Below, piece by piece: positions 10,870 to 22,276 of a stretch of DNA of 64,000 bases; position 1 is the first letter of the stretch; every line of letters starts with the position of its first letter. The translations under genes and the position numbers were made by a program. Under the pieces are notes generated by a model. It was given only the letters and a program-made list of their open reading frames with translations, was not told the DNA's origin and searched no databases. Source of the stretch: Heteronotia binoei (taxonomy: Eukaryota); contig NC_083234.1 of the NCBI RefSeq assembly GCF_032191835.1, positions 17,174,001 to 17,238,000 on the forward strand, written 5' to 3'.

Positions 10870-13075
10870 GCTCTTATGCTTTTATTTATATTTACCTTAC
10901 ATTTGTATGCCGCCCACTCCATACGGACTCTGGGCGGCTCACAGTCACAATACCGTAATAACAATGCCTTATGGTTAAAAAATCAAAAACGTATAACAAT
11001 TTATAATTTTTAAAAATTTAAAATGGTGCTATAAAATTTCTTACATAGGTGGTCCAGCTTCATTTTAGTTCTTAATTCTCTGTAGTGGTCTATTGGGTGT
11101 CTTATAGATGGATGGTAGTATTCAGCGACATACTAGTGGCAGCTCCTCACGCATTAGTTACCGTAGGCCTGCCGGAAAAGATCAGTTTTGCAGGCCCTGC
11201 AGAATTGGGAGAGATCCCGCAGGGCTCTCATGGCCTCTGGGAGTGCGTTCCATAAATTAGGGGCTGCCACAGAGAAGGCCCTCACCTGTGTAGAGAATAA
11301 TCTGGCCTCCCTTGGTCCGGGGATGGATAACAGATGTTGACTTCCTGAACGCAGTTCTCTCTGGGGTATATATGGGGAAAGGCGGTCCCTTAGATAGACA
11401 GGTCCTTGGCCATAGAGGGCTTTAAAGGTCAATACCAACACTTTGAAGCGGATTCGGCACACAATAGGCAGCCAGTGCAGCTCTTTCAGCACCGGTTGAA
11501 TGTGCTCCCACCGAGGGAGCCCCATTAACAACCGCGCCACAGCGTTCTGCACTAGCTGCAGTTTCCGAGTCAGAGTCAAAGGTAGCCCCATGTAGAGGGC
11601 ATTACAGTTGTTTGTTTTCGAGGTGAGCATGGCATGGATCACCATTGCTAGGTTGCACTGCTCCAGGAAAGGGGCCTGTTGCCGTACCCGCTGCAGATGA
11701 GAAAAGGCAGGCTTGGCAGCGGCTGCCACCTGGGCCTCCATAGTCAGAGACTGCATCCAGCGCCGAAGCGTTATCCAGGAATCTCTGTAACTGACCCGCT
11801 ACAGCCCACTCTATAACCTTACCCAAAAAGAGTAGGTTTGATACCGGCCAATAGTTTGCCAATTCGGCCGGGTCAGCAGATGGCTTTTTTAAGAGGGAGC
11901 AGAACACAGCCTCTTTAAGGGGCATGGGAAAGATTCCTTCGCAGAGGGATCTATTGATAATCACCTGTAATGGTTCACGTAGTGTCGCCCGGCTGGCTTT
12001 CACCAGCCGAGATGGGCACGGATCCAACGCACAGGTGGTAGAGTGCACAGTGACAAGGGTCCTGTCGACTTCCTCCAGGCTGAGCGGAGTGAAGGAATCC
12101 AGAAAAGGACCAGAAGACGTGCTTGGTGCCTCGAGTTTGCTCACGGTATCAAATGTGGTGGGGAGATCGTGGCGGAGCAACGAGACCTTATCTGCGCAAA
12201 AACTCGCAAAAGCCTCGCAGCCTATTTCCAATTCTCTAACGTTTGGTTTAGCTTGTGACAAGGTTGTTCATGACCTTGTGCCGGGCGTGAGGTCGCAGAT
12301 GCAATCCGGGTCGCAAAGTAAGCCTTCTTTGTGGCCCGGGCTGCCATCTCATAGGTCCGCATAAATGACCTATAGGATGTTCTCATTGCCTCGTCACGAG
12401 TACGTCGCCACTGCCTCTCTAGTTGTCTCTGTCACCGTTTTATCGATCGCAACTCTGGGGTATACCACGGAGCCAATCGTGAATGGGGACGAAGAGGACG
12501 CCGAGGAGCAATCTCGTCAATAGCTGGGGAGAGTCAGCTATTCCAAGCCTCCGCAAGCTCATCCAACGAGTTGCCCAAAGGCCAGGTATCCCGCGAGGCC
12601 ATCTGAAACCTCATAGGATCCATCTGACTTCGCGGGCGAGCTAAAACCTGCTCACTGCCTAAACAGGGTAGGAGTGGAATATTCACACTGGCCCTCAGGG
12701 CATAGTGGTTTGACCATGGCACTACATCTGCAGTAATCCGGTCTGCTACAACTCCTGCCGCAAACATCAAATCTAGCGTGTGTCCTGCTTGGTGCGTGGA
12801 GGTTGTTATATATTGGGAGAGTCCCAGTGCAGCCATGGGGACATGAGGTCCACCACCCGACTAGAGGCCATGTCCTTGGCATGGACATTGAAGTCACCCA
12901 AGACTATAAGTGGAACAGCTTCCATCAGGGACAGTAAGGCACTGGCGAGTGCATTAGGTGGACGGTACACCGGCCATATTACCAAACTCTCTCCAATGTC
13001 CCACGTCAAGCCAACACACTCTGTGCCAGTGATCTCTGGCGACGGGAGTGCCCTGAAGGAGTAAGCCTCCCGCAT
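10870..13075 (-). mobile_element. L2 LINE ORF2 copy, 5'-truncated and internally deleted
   Basis: Endonuclease VYRPP..LGDFNVH; TCALDPCP..LLKKPS..NYWPVSNL; C-terminal LHWLPI..RFKVLVLTFKAL. The RT core is missing at ~11755. Confidence 0.92.
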
Positions 13076-14412
13076 TTTCTTCCTCCAACCCGTGCGTTAG
13101 TTCTTTTCTGCATTACCTAGTTTCTTCTGATAACACTTTTATGTAGTTCAGGCGGGTAGCTGTGTTGGTCTGAAGCAATAGAATAAAATTTGAGTCCAGT
13201 GACACCGTAAAGACCAAGAAAGTTTTAGTCAAGGTATAGGCTTCCCTGTGCATGCATACTGCTTGCACACGAAAACTCATACTTTAAATAAAACTTGGTT
13301 GGTCACTTGGACGCTACTTTTCTGTAGTGTTGGCATTGGGCAAATTATGGGTTTGCAAACTATGGCTTAGAGATTAGTGCTAAGTATTCATTCACTTAAA
13401 ACTTTTATTAGCTGCCTTTCTTCACTGCAGAGCCCAAGGTGGCTTATAACATAAATAAAAATACATAAAATAAATTCCAATTCGTCCTCCCCCCCCCCCC
13501 AGTTGAAAAACACAGTTCAGGATGGATAGTAAACTTAACTGAATACAGGCCAAAGTAAAACCATCATTAACTGCCTCCTAAAGATTGAAAATGAGGGTAC
13601 CAGGCATTTTTCTGTAATTGTGGAGCTGCCACTGAAAAGACCCCATCTTGTGTACCCACCAAACAAGCTTCTTTGATTGATGGGACAGTCCTGGGGAGAA
13701 ACATATCGGAGTATGCAGTTCTTCAGATACCCTGGCTCCCAAGCTCAGAACCAGTGACCAAAAGCCTGGTTGCTTGATTGGGATCTCAGGAACTTGGAAC
13801 AAGAGGGAATGGGCATGAGAGAGGGTATGTGGGTGGCCTACAAGCCTCTGGTGCTTCTCCAGTTTACACTTGATGTGGTTAGAGCAACAGATAAGAACTG
13901 TGGAGATCCTCCCTTGTCATGAAGCGCCCTGTGTGATCAGAGGTCAGTTGCTCTTTCAGCCTAATCTACCTCCCAGGATTGTTGTGAGGACATAATTTGG
14001 GTGGAGAACCCACATACCCCTCTTTTTAGCTTTTCAGGAAGAACCAAACAGTAATCTAATATCTTTTTTTATATAATTGGGATTGTCTGACCAGACTGAA
14101 CAGTGTAAATTACCCTAATTACAGATGGTTATGCTTGTTATTAATAAAATCTCTTCCAAGATCCTAGTTATCTGCCTGTTTAAGGTCAAAACCAGATGTG
14201 GCTTTTTCAGATAAATTGAGTCTAGGTTTCCATTGCAGCTGTGTGGGACTTATTTTTGACAGACTGTAGAGCCTGATTCTGCTTTGGAACATGGGTGGGA
14301 GGGGGTGGGGAAGAGGGCCTCCTACCTCCCCCGGTGCCATTTTCTCAAGCTGGGAGGGTGAGAGGTGTTTGCCCTGTTTAAGAACTGCATGTGCTACTAT
14401 GATGGATGCCAT

Positions 14413-14608
14413 TATCTCTTTAACTCTCAGGCAGATTTTTCCCGCCAAAACTTCAGTTCTGTTCAGTGACCAATGTCTAAACAAAGGGGGGAGACAGTAT
14501 AAGTGTATTTCAGTAGAGGGAAATATGCATACTACTGTAGAACAACTCGGCCACTGAGGAGAACTGAAGTTTTGGCAGGAAAAAAACTGCCTAAGAGATA
14601 AAGAGATA
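14413..14608. repeat. Inverted repeat (~48-bp arms), probable MITE
   Basis: tatctcttt..ggcag.ttttt.c.gccaaaacttcagttct mirrored at 14560-14608. Confidence 0.6.
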
Positions 14609-14629
14609 CGTTTTGTTGATTGTACTGAT

Positions 14630-14815
14630 CAGGGCTTTTTTTTTGTAGCACGAACTCGTTTGCATGTTAAGCTACACCCTCCTGATGTAGCCAATCCTCC
14701 AGGAGCTTACGGGGCTCTTCTTACAGGGCCTACTGTAAGCTCTTGGAAGACCGGCTACATCAGGGGTGTGTGGCCTAACATGTAAAGGAGTTCCTGCTAC
14801 AAAAAAAAAGCCTTG
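14630..14815. mobile_element. Palindromic hAT-type MITE with perfect 8-bp TSD
   Basis: gtactgat on both sides (14622-14629, 14816-14823). Confidence 0.88.
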
Positions 14816-15199
14816 GTACTGATGCACTATGTGTAATCTGCCTTGAGTCCCCATGAGACGGGCAGACTATAACTAATGTAAATAAGTAAAATAAATAGAA
14901 ATTATTTCCACACAGCTGCTGTGCAGCTGGAAGAAAGGCAACCCATACCCACCGTATTTAGAAACACCATATTTAGTTAGGCTCTATAAGAACTTAGCAA
15001 GACACAGGGTAATCGAATTGCAGATTTTAAACCAGAAGCCTCTTCTGTATAGCAGTGACAAGTATACTAGTATGGAAGTGGAGCAGAAATATTGGTAATT
15101 AGAGAGCACGGCAGACTATTGGGAAAAGAATAAAATCCTAATTTTAAAAATAGCACCAAGCCTCAAAGAGTGACACGTATTTTTAATTTGCTTCTCCAG

Positions 15200-15268
15200 T
15201 TTGGCATTGAAGATTTAAAAATGCAAGCGAACCAGACAGCATGCTGGGATGGAGTCAGGAATTACCAG
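15200..15268 (+). CDS. THYN1: THYN1 coding exon 3
   Basis: cttctccAG|FGIEDLKMQANQTACWDGVRNYQ|GTAAAT, 69 nt. Confidence 0.96.
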
Positions 15269-15708
15269 GTAAATCATGAAGATTTACGTTGTTCAGTATA
15301 ATAAAACAATCAGATTGCAAGAGGCACTATTAAATCTTCTCTGTGTTCTTTACCCACTCTGCAAAAAAAGAAAAGAAAATCAACTGAACCACAAATGTAA
15401 AACCTTCCTTGATGTAAATGGGTTTGAAATTGGATACTAAATCCTTTCTCATCCATTCCCTCCTACTGTTAGGGTGATAAGATTTGCTTAAGGGAGCAAT
15501 CCTATGTAGGTCTACTCGGAACTAAGCCTCAATTTATTCAATGGTTACTCCCTGGAAAGTGTTTTTAGGATTGCTTCCGATGTAACTAAATTTCTTTATT
15601 ACCACAAGTGGGGAGGTGTCTCCTGATATTTTGGGGGAAAATACTGGCTCTAAAAGAAGGAGACTTTAGGCTAGTAAGAGGCAGTACCAAGGAGATTTTT
15701 ATACCAAT

Positions 15709-16330
15709 TGTATTCTTGAGAGAACTCTCAGAATTAGAGAGAACTCTCACACCGTTGCTTAACCAAAGGAGGCTGTTTTATTCATAGAAAATAATAAAAT
15801 AATTCACACATACAGAAAATAGATACACACTGGAAACAAACACACAAGCTTAACAGAAAATACAAGGGTGAGAGGGATATAGCAGGGATTTGGGGGGAAA
15901 TATAGTTACCATTCAGAGGTCCAGGAGTCCATGAAGCAGAGGATGTGAATATGGAAAGTGGTCCAAACAGAGTTTGTGGGTGCAAGACTCCGGGTGCCCA
16001 AGACAAGACACACACACAGTGGGGAAGTGCTAGTCTATATAGGCAAAAGCGTTACCTGATTGGGGGTAAAACAATGTGTTAGGGGATTCTGAATGAGGGT
16101 CCCAGGAAGACAGAGGTGTTGTCACATTTGCATCTGTGTAAATGGACTGGTTTCCGGGTGTAAACAGGAACTGTTAATGTTTCTGTGGGAATGTGGCTAG
16201 GAATGTGAGAGCTTAACATTCCACTGATGATCCTCGATTGCTTGAAGAGAAAAGGCTACCCAGTTGTGGGAATGACCCCTCGATTAAGGATTAGGAAAGG
16301 AGGACCCAGGCTTTTGTGATAAGGAGAAAT
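15709..16330 (-). mobile_element. Probable solo LTR (right boundary uncertain)
   Basis: Minus strand reads CCAAT, then TATATA (~16040), then AATAAA (~15778), ending in CA at 15709. Confidence 0.45.
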
Positions 16331-16826
16331 ATCTTCTTTCCTGTGGACTCCATATTGCAGAAGAATACCTCTTTTGTTTTTAGAGGGTAGGAAAGGGAAC
16401 CAGTAGCCTAGTGATGCGATACAGCCACCTCCCAAAACAGCGAGTCAGATTTATGCTTAGCTGCCAGAAACCATTTTGTTTGGTCCTACTCCATCTTAGT
16501 TTCACTGTATACTTCCAGGCCCCACTCTGGCCCACTCCTGAACCAGTCATGTCTGGCACTTGTGTTGTGAGAGAACTGCGGGTGGATATAGAAGGGATAT
16601 CCTTTTTCCCATTATACCCTTTCAGGGGTACAGAGGGGACCTTACATCTTGCAAGAACTCTTCCTCCCTACATCTGTGGTTTCTGAAACACAACCTTTGT
16701 GCGTTCTCCAGGACAGCCTAGACTGTACCATCCAGGTCAGGGTGCTTGTGACAGTAATTGATCATCTATAAGAGATCTGTGAACCTGCTTGTGTGTGAAG
16801 AACTTAATTCTGCGTTCCTGTGGCAG

Positions 16827-16919
16827 GCCCGGAATTTCTTGAGAGAGATGAAAGTTGGGCAGACGGCCTTTTTCTATCACAGCAACTGCAAAGAGCCTGG
16901 GATTGCGGGCATCATCAAG
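16827..16919 (+). CDS. THYN1: THYN1 coding exon 4
   Basis: ARNFLREMKVGQTAFFYHSNCKEPGIAGIIK|GTGAGC, 93 nt. Confidence 0.96.
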
Positions 16920-17135
16920 GTGAGCACGGTTTTCTGTGAACCTGTGCATTGTTTTTTCAGGAAGCCCGCTGGCTTTAAACCACTTGTTAAAAATGTACTG
17001 AAAGTTTTCTTTAAAAAAAAGGTCTGCAAACATTCTCATAGTAGATATATGTGGCAACAATATTCATTGCTGAGCAACCATGAATAACCTCATGAGTTTT
17101 ACTGGAGCCGGCAAGGGTAGCAAACGTTCATCTCA

Positions 17136-17351
17136 ATATCAAAGATTTCAGGTTTCCACGGCTGGCATCATCATTAGGGTTTGTAGAATCTTTCGGGCTC
17201 AAGTGCCGTGTTCTACTGGAGAAAGTTTTTCTTCCAGACGTTTCGTTCTCAGCTGCGGATGTTCTCCGCAGCTGAGAACGAAACGTCTGGAAGAAAAACT
17301 TTCTTCAGTAGAACACGGCACTTGAGCCCGAAAGGTTCTACAAACCCTAAT
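17136..17351. mobile_element. Penelope-like head-to-head palindrome
   Basis: 88-bp near-perfect arms 17172-17259 / 17265-17352 with 5-nt loop; gttcatctca direct repeat on both sides. Confidence 0.7.
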
Positions 17352-17414
17352 GTTCATCTCACTCCTTGATGCAATTTAGTGGGAGATCAAGTGGTGAATC
17401 TCTGTCCCTTAAAT

Positions 17415-17898
17415 CAGGGGTGTCAAACTCATTTGTCACGAGGGCTGGATCTGACACAAATGAGACTTCGTCGGGCCGAGTTGTGTTGGGCCAGGCCGTG
17501 TGTGTATCTATTTAAGATTAGGTAGCAGAGATAGGAACTTTTTAAAGGACACAGACAAACATGACTAGAGATTTTTTTAAACTTAAAATAAAACCTGCTT
17601 AAAACATTAGCAGTGGTTGGTCTTAGAGGTGCTTTCTTTGTATCTCTCTTGTGCAGTCCAGGGAAGTGGGCAAAGGAAGCTCTAGCTCTTTCCTTCCCTC
17701 CCCAGGGAACCAGGAGGGGGAGGAGCTTCAACCAATTAAGAAAATCAAGGTTTTGTTCTGTAGCTCCTGTGCGATTGAGCAAGCCTTACTAAGCAGTTGA
17801 GATGCAGAAGGAAGCAAGAGAGAGGGAGAAGGAAGCAGACCAGAGCCAGTTGCTCGGGGGCCTGATTCAGCCCCTGGGCCACATGTTTGACACCCTTG
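17415..17898. mobile_element. hAT-type MITE with caggggtgtcaaac TIRs (relatives at 36081-36724, 45910-46425, 54900-55330, 61087-61555, 62286-62904)
   Basis: TIRs plus near-perfect 8-bp TSDs (ccttaaat/cctttaat; ctttagac/ctttaaac at 61087). Confidence 0.85.
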
Positions 17899-19035
17899 CC
17901 TTTAATGCTTAAAAAAAAAAAAAGGTAGTCCCCCGTGCAAGCACCAGTCATTTCCGACTCTGGGGTGATGTCGCATCATGATGTTTTCACGGCAGACTTT
18001 TTACAGAGTGGTTTGCCATTGCCTTCCCCAGTCATCTACACTTTCCCCCCAGCAAGCTGGGGACTCATTTTACTGACCCTGAAAGGATGGAAGGCTGAGT
18101 CAACCTTGAGCCAGTTACCTGAACCCAGCTTCCACCAGGATTGAACTCAGGTCGTGAGCAGAGAGCTCTGACTGCAGTACTGCAGCTTTACCAATCTGTG
18201 CCACGGGGCTCCTTAAATGCTTAGAGCTGTGCAAATCACTGATATTCAGTGCAATCCTAAAGTCTACTCAGAATCCTATTCCAGTCAGTTTGATGGGGCT
18301 TACTCCCAGAAAAACGTTCATAGGATTGCACTCTTTGTAATTTGGGGTTGGGGGGTTGGAGACAGACTTTCATCCTGGCGTGATAGACACAAAGAGTATA
18401 CATCCATGCATATCCATATATATCCATGCATATGCAACAGACTTGAACTGTTTTAGGTTGTTACCTCTTCTCCAGAAAACCTGGGCATTGTAGCTGTGTA
18501 CAACAACAGCCGGAGCCCCATGGTACAGAGTAGTAAGCTGCAGTACTGCAGTCCAAACTCTGCTCACGACCTGAGTTCGATCCCGGCGGAAGCTGGGTTC
18601 AGCTACCCAGCTCAAGGTTGATTCAGCCTTCCATCCTTCCGAGGTTGGTAAAATGAGTACCCAGCTTGCTGGGGGGAAAGTGTAGATGACTGGGGAAAGC
18701 AAGGGCAAACCACCCTGTAAAAAGTCTGCCAAGGAAATGTTATGATGTGATGCCATCCCATGGGTCAGTAACAACTCGGTGCTTGCACTTTTACCTTACA
18801 ACTACAGCACCCCACCAAACCACAATATCTGGAATTCTTTTATGGGTGTATGCAGGGGTTGTTTTGTTGAAAAAGAGGTGGTGGAGCTCATCCAGGGATT
18901 GTTATGCAGCTGCACCTACTATTCAGTGGACAAGGTGGGAAGGAGGAGGTGGAACTCTCAGAAAGGTTGAGGAGCTGCGCTCCTGTGAGCTCCCGCTGAA
19001 TCCGAGGCCTGGGTGCATGTGAACTTTAAAGGGGG

Positions 19036-19246
19036 AGGGGCTGAGGCTCAGTGTGGTAGAGCATCTGCTTGGCATGCAGAAAGTCCCAAGTTTGATACCC
19101 AGGATCTCCAATAGAAAGACTTAAAAACAAGGTGATGTAGAAGAACTGCACCTGAGACCCTGGAGTGCCTCTGCCAGTCCAAGTAGACAATACTGATCTT
19201 GATAGATCAGTGCCCTATTCAGTATAAGGCAGCTTCATGTGTTCCT
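19036..19246 (+). mobile_element. tRNA-derived SINE with CR1/L2-type tail (other copies 28959-29156, 39235-39450, 44295-44470, 49866-50078(-), 61634-61848(-))
   Basis: ggctcagtggtagagcatctgctt..atgcagaaggtcccaggttc head; gagaccctggagag..ctgccagtc body; tataaggcagcttcatatgttc tail. Confidence 0.85.
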
Positions 19247-19418
19247 ATATCTGATGTCCAATTTGATGCTGTCCCAGTTATATTTGAAGCTATAGGATTT
19301 CAGCAGCTAGAATGCCAGATTTGCAGGAATCCTGAAATTGCCCTGAGTTAAGGAAAGCCCTACTTTCTAGCCACCTTCCATTCATGTCTTTATCCTTGCT
19401 TTTTCTCCAAAATCTTAG

Positions 19419-19514
19419 GTGGTTAAGGAGGCCTACCCAGACCACACCCAGTTTGAAAAGAAGGATCCTCATTATGATGCTTCCAGTTCCAAAGAAAATC
19501 CCAAATGGTGGATG
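19419..19514 (+). CDS. THYN1: THYN1 coding exon 5
   Basis: VVKEAYPDHTQFEKKDPHYDASSSKENPKWWM|GTAGGA, 96 nt. Confidence 0.96.
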
Positions 19515-19657
19515 GTAGGATTGTTAAATAGATTTTTCAGTCAAACAGCTTTGGAGAGAAGTGGACGCGGTGAAAAGGCATTCAGACATCACAGCAAGCC
19601 TCCGTTGGCCTGCTTCATTGCTGTGCTTACATGTTCTCTCCTCCCTTTGTATGTAGA

Positions 19658-20067
19658 CAGGGTCAGCTCGCCTGCTAGGCAAACTAGGCCGTTGCCTGGG
19701 GCACCGAGAGGCGGGGGGTGGCAAATTGGGCTCCCCCCCCGTGCCCCAGGCAAACGCTTACTTTGCCTCCTTACCCCCCCCCCCACTGTCGTGGTCGCTG
19801 CTAGCCCCCTCCGACCTGGCAGCGCTGCCCCCCCCCACCATGGCAGCGCTCTGCTTGTTCGCTCCTCTCCCCCCCCGTTCGCTGCGACTAAAACTAAGCT
19901 CTGCTGGTTTCTCAGCCCGCGCCTGCGCGTTTTGTTAACAAAATGCGCAGGCTGCGAAGTGGCAGGGTTTAGTTTTAGTCGCGGAGAGCAGGGAGAGGGG
20001 CGAGCGAGTGGAGCACGGCGGTGGTGGTGGGACGCGGCGGGGGGGGGGTGCCCTAGAGCCGCCCCTG
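19658..20067. mobile_element. GC/CpG-rich palindromic hAT-type MITE
   Basis: Imperfect TIRs cagggtcagctc / gagccgcccctg; TSD tatgtaga/tttgtaga; central palindrome cctgcgcgttttgttaacaaaatgcgcagg. Confidence 0.75.
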
Positions 20068-20524
20068 TTTGTAGACCAGGATCAAAGACTTCCTCATTTC
20101 ATAAATTTTCACTCGAACTTCAGTTTGCTATGCCATTTGAATGTGAGTGCCTGGGCAAATTGGATTTTGCTTTCTCTCCACAAGCCCAGGTTTTAGTATC
20201 TGGTTGAATCCCTGCCAAAGATACGTAGTAAAAATGTAAGAAAAAACTGTGGGATCATAACCCAGAGTTCACAGCTTGTGGTGCTGATTTCCACAAGTTA
20301 ATTATGTGTTGCATGAAGGATTTTTTTTTTAAAAAAAAAAATCTGTTCTGAACCTAGTGCCGAGCAATAATGCCATTAGTCAGCCTAAGGTTACGGGAGG
20401 AAACAATGATCAGTATCAACTTTCTCATATCATGCATGGTTTCATAAACCTCAGTCACGTTATTCTAAAGCAGCTTCCCAATTCTGCAGTCTTTGGACCT
20501 GACTTTTGTTCCTTGCACTTAAAG

Positions 20525-20675
20525 GTGGATGTCCAGTTTGTGCGAATGACCAAGCGCTTCATCCCCCTGGCAGAATTGAAACTTCACCACCAGGCACACA
20601 AAACCTCTGGAGGCCCCCTGAAAGAAATGGCACTCTTCACTCGCCAGAGACTCTCGGTACAGCCTCTAACTGCGG
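20525..20675 (+). CDS. THYN1: THYN1 coding exon 6
   Basis: VDVQFVRMTKRFIPLAELK...RQRLSVQPLTA+G|GTAAGT, 151 nt. Confidence 0.96.
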
Positions 20676-20716
20676 GTAAGTAGGAGGAATGAGCTGCTGT
20701 CTCCAGCTATTGGGAA

Positions 20717-21060
20717 AATATGAGAAGCCCTGTTGGGTCAGGCCAGTGGCCCATCCAGTCCAACAGTGGCCAAAACCCAGGTGCCTTCAGGAGTCTGCCT
20801 GTGGGGCCAGAACTCCATAATCCCTCTCACTGTTGCCCCCCCCCAAGCACCAAGAATATAGAGCATCACTTGCCCCAGACAGTGAGTTCCATCTGTACCT
20901 TGTGGCTAACAGCCACTGATTGAACTCTGCTCCATATTTATCCAATCCCCTCTTGAAGCTATGTATGCTTGTAGGCAGTGAATTCCACCTGTTAATGACT
21001 CTTGGGGTGAAGAAGTACTTCCTTTGATCTATTCTAAGTCTGCTCATCAGTTTCACTGAG
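20717..21060 (-). mobile_element. CR1 LINE 3' end
   Basis: RKYFFTPRVINRWNSLP motif and CR1 tail. Confidence 0.85.
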
Positions 21061-21145
21061 TGTTGAGCGCTTGTATTAGAACAAAGCAGTAGACAAGTTC
21101 ACCTTGAAGATCAGAATGTAAGCTTTCGTATTACTGATGTAACAA

Positions 21146-21256
21146 ACACGAATTTGAGCAGACTTCGGAGGATGGTGGAAAACAGGAGGGCCTGGCGTGA
21201 CTTGGTCCAGGGGGTCGCAAAGAGTCGAACTTGACTGTGCGACTGAACAACAAAAA
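21146..21256 (+). mobile_element. Bov-B (RTE) 3' tail inserted in a Penelope-like inverted pair (21100-21440)
   Basis: ggggtcgcaaagagtcg.ac..gact..gcgactgaacaacaa Bov-B terminus. Confidence 0.75.
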
Positions 21257-21691
21257 GTTTCCGTATGCTGTTAAGCAGACAAATGGGAATGGAAGCAGCA
21301 ATTATTAATATAAGAATTGCCGCTTCCGTTCCCATTTGTCTGATGAAGTCTGCTTAAGAGCATACGAAAGCTCACATTCTGAATAAAACTTATCTGGTCT
21401 ACTGCTTTGTTCTATTGCTTCAGACCAACACGGCTGTCTACTGGGAGCTCTTGTATTGTGAGAAAGATAGAAAAGTACTTCTTCCATGACCTTCTGTATC
21501 CAGTCCAACAGTGGCCAAAACCCAGGTGCCTTCAGGAGTCTCTATTACATTCTCTATTACATCATTGCTGCTTTGCCAGACAGCTCATGCATGGCTATTT
21601 TGAACACATGATGCCACTTTTCACCAAGTTAGACCGTTGATCTATCAAACTTGGTATTGTATACTCTTGACTGGGCAGCTTCTCTCCAGAG

Positions 21692-22276
21692 CAGGGGTGG
21701 CCAAACTTGCTTAATATAAGAGCCACACAGAATAAACATCAGATGTTTGAGAGCCACAAGACAGGAAGGACAGAAGGAAATTAATACAAGAGAGGGAAGG
21801 AGGGAGAGGTGGAAAGAAGGCAACTTTAACTTTGAAGGCATTTGAGAGCCAGTTTGGTGTAGTGGTTAAGTGTGCGGACTCTTATCTGGGAGAACCGGGT
21901 TTGATTCCCCACTCCTCCACTTGCACCTGCTGTTGTGACCTTGGGTCAGTCAGCCATAGCTCTGGCAGAGGTTGTCCTTGAAAGGGCAGCTGCTGTGAGA
22001 GCCCTCTCAGCCCCACCCACCTCACAGGGTCTGTCATAGGGGAGGAAGATAAAGGCGATTGTGAGCCGCTCTGAGATTCAGAGTGGAGGGCAGGATATAA
22101 AGCCAATATCATCATCATCATTCTATAAGCCACCAGCTGGCTTGGCTTGGAGAAATGATTTAAAGAGATCAATGCCTTCTCCAAGCCAGCCAACAAGATA
22201 GTGGGGGCTTCAAGAGCCACACAATGTATGTGAAAGAGCCACATTTGGCTCCTGAGCCACAGTTTGGCCACTCCTA
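21692..22276. mobile_element. hAT-type MITE (caggggtggccaaac TIR) carrying a nested Squam3-like SINE (21845-22120); relatives at 22586-23131, 24342-24626, 41625-41978, 56801-57089, 60548-60835
   Basis: Perfect 8-bp TSD ctccagag; 7/8 TSDs at 22586 (gactatag/gactgtag) and 24342 (cgatggaa/ctatggaa). Confidence 0.88.

Noticed and set aside
10504-11013. Recurrent SQFGVVVKCADSYLGE... ORFs (also 7000, 21882, 29972, 50411)
   Set aside because: Translations of the same SINE family, not a gene family.
19419-20207. 262-aa ORF
   Set aside because: Only the first 32 codons are THYN1 exon 5; the rest is intron and GC-rich MITE read-through.
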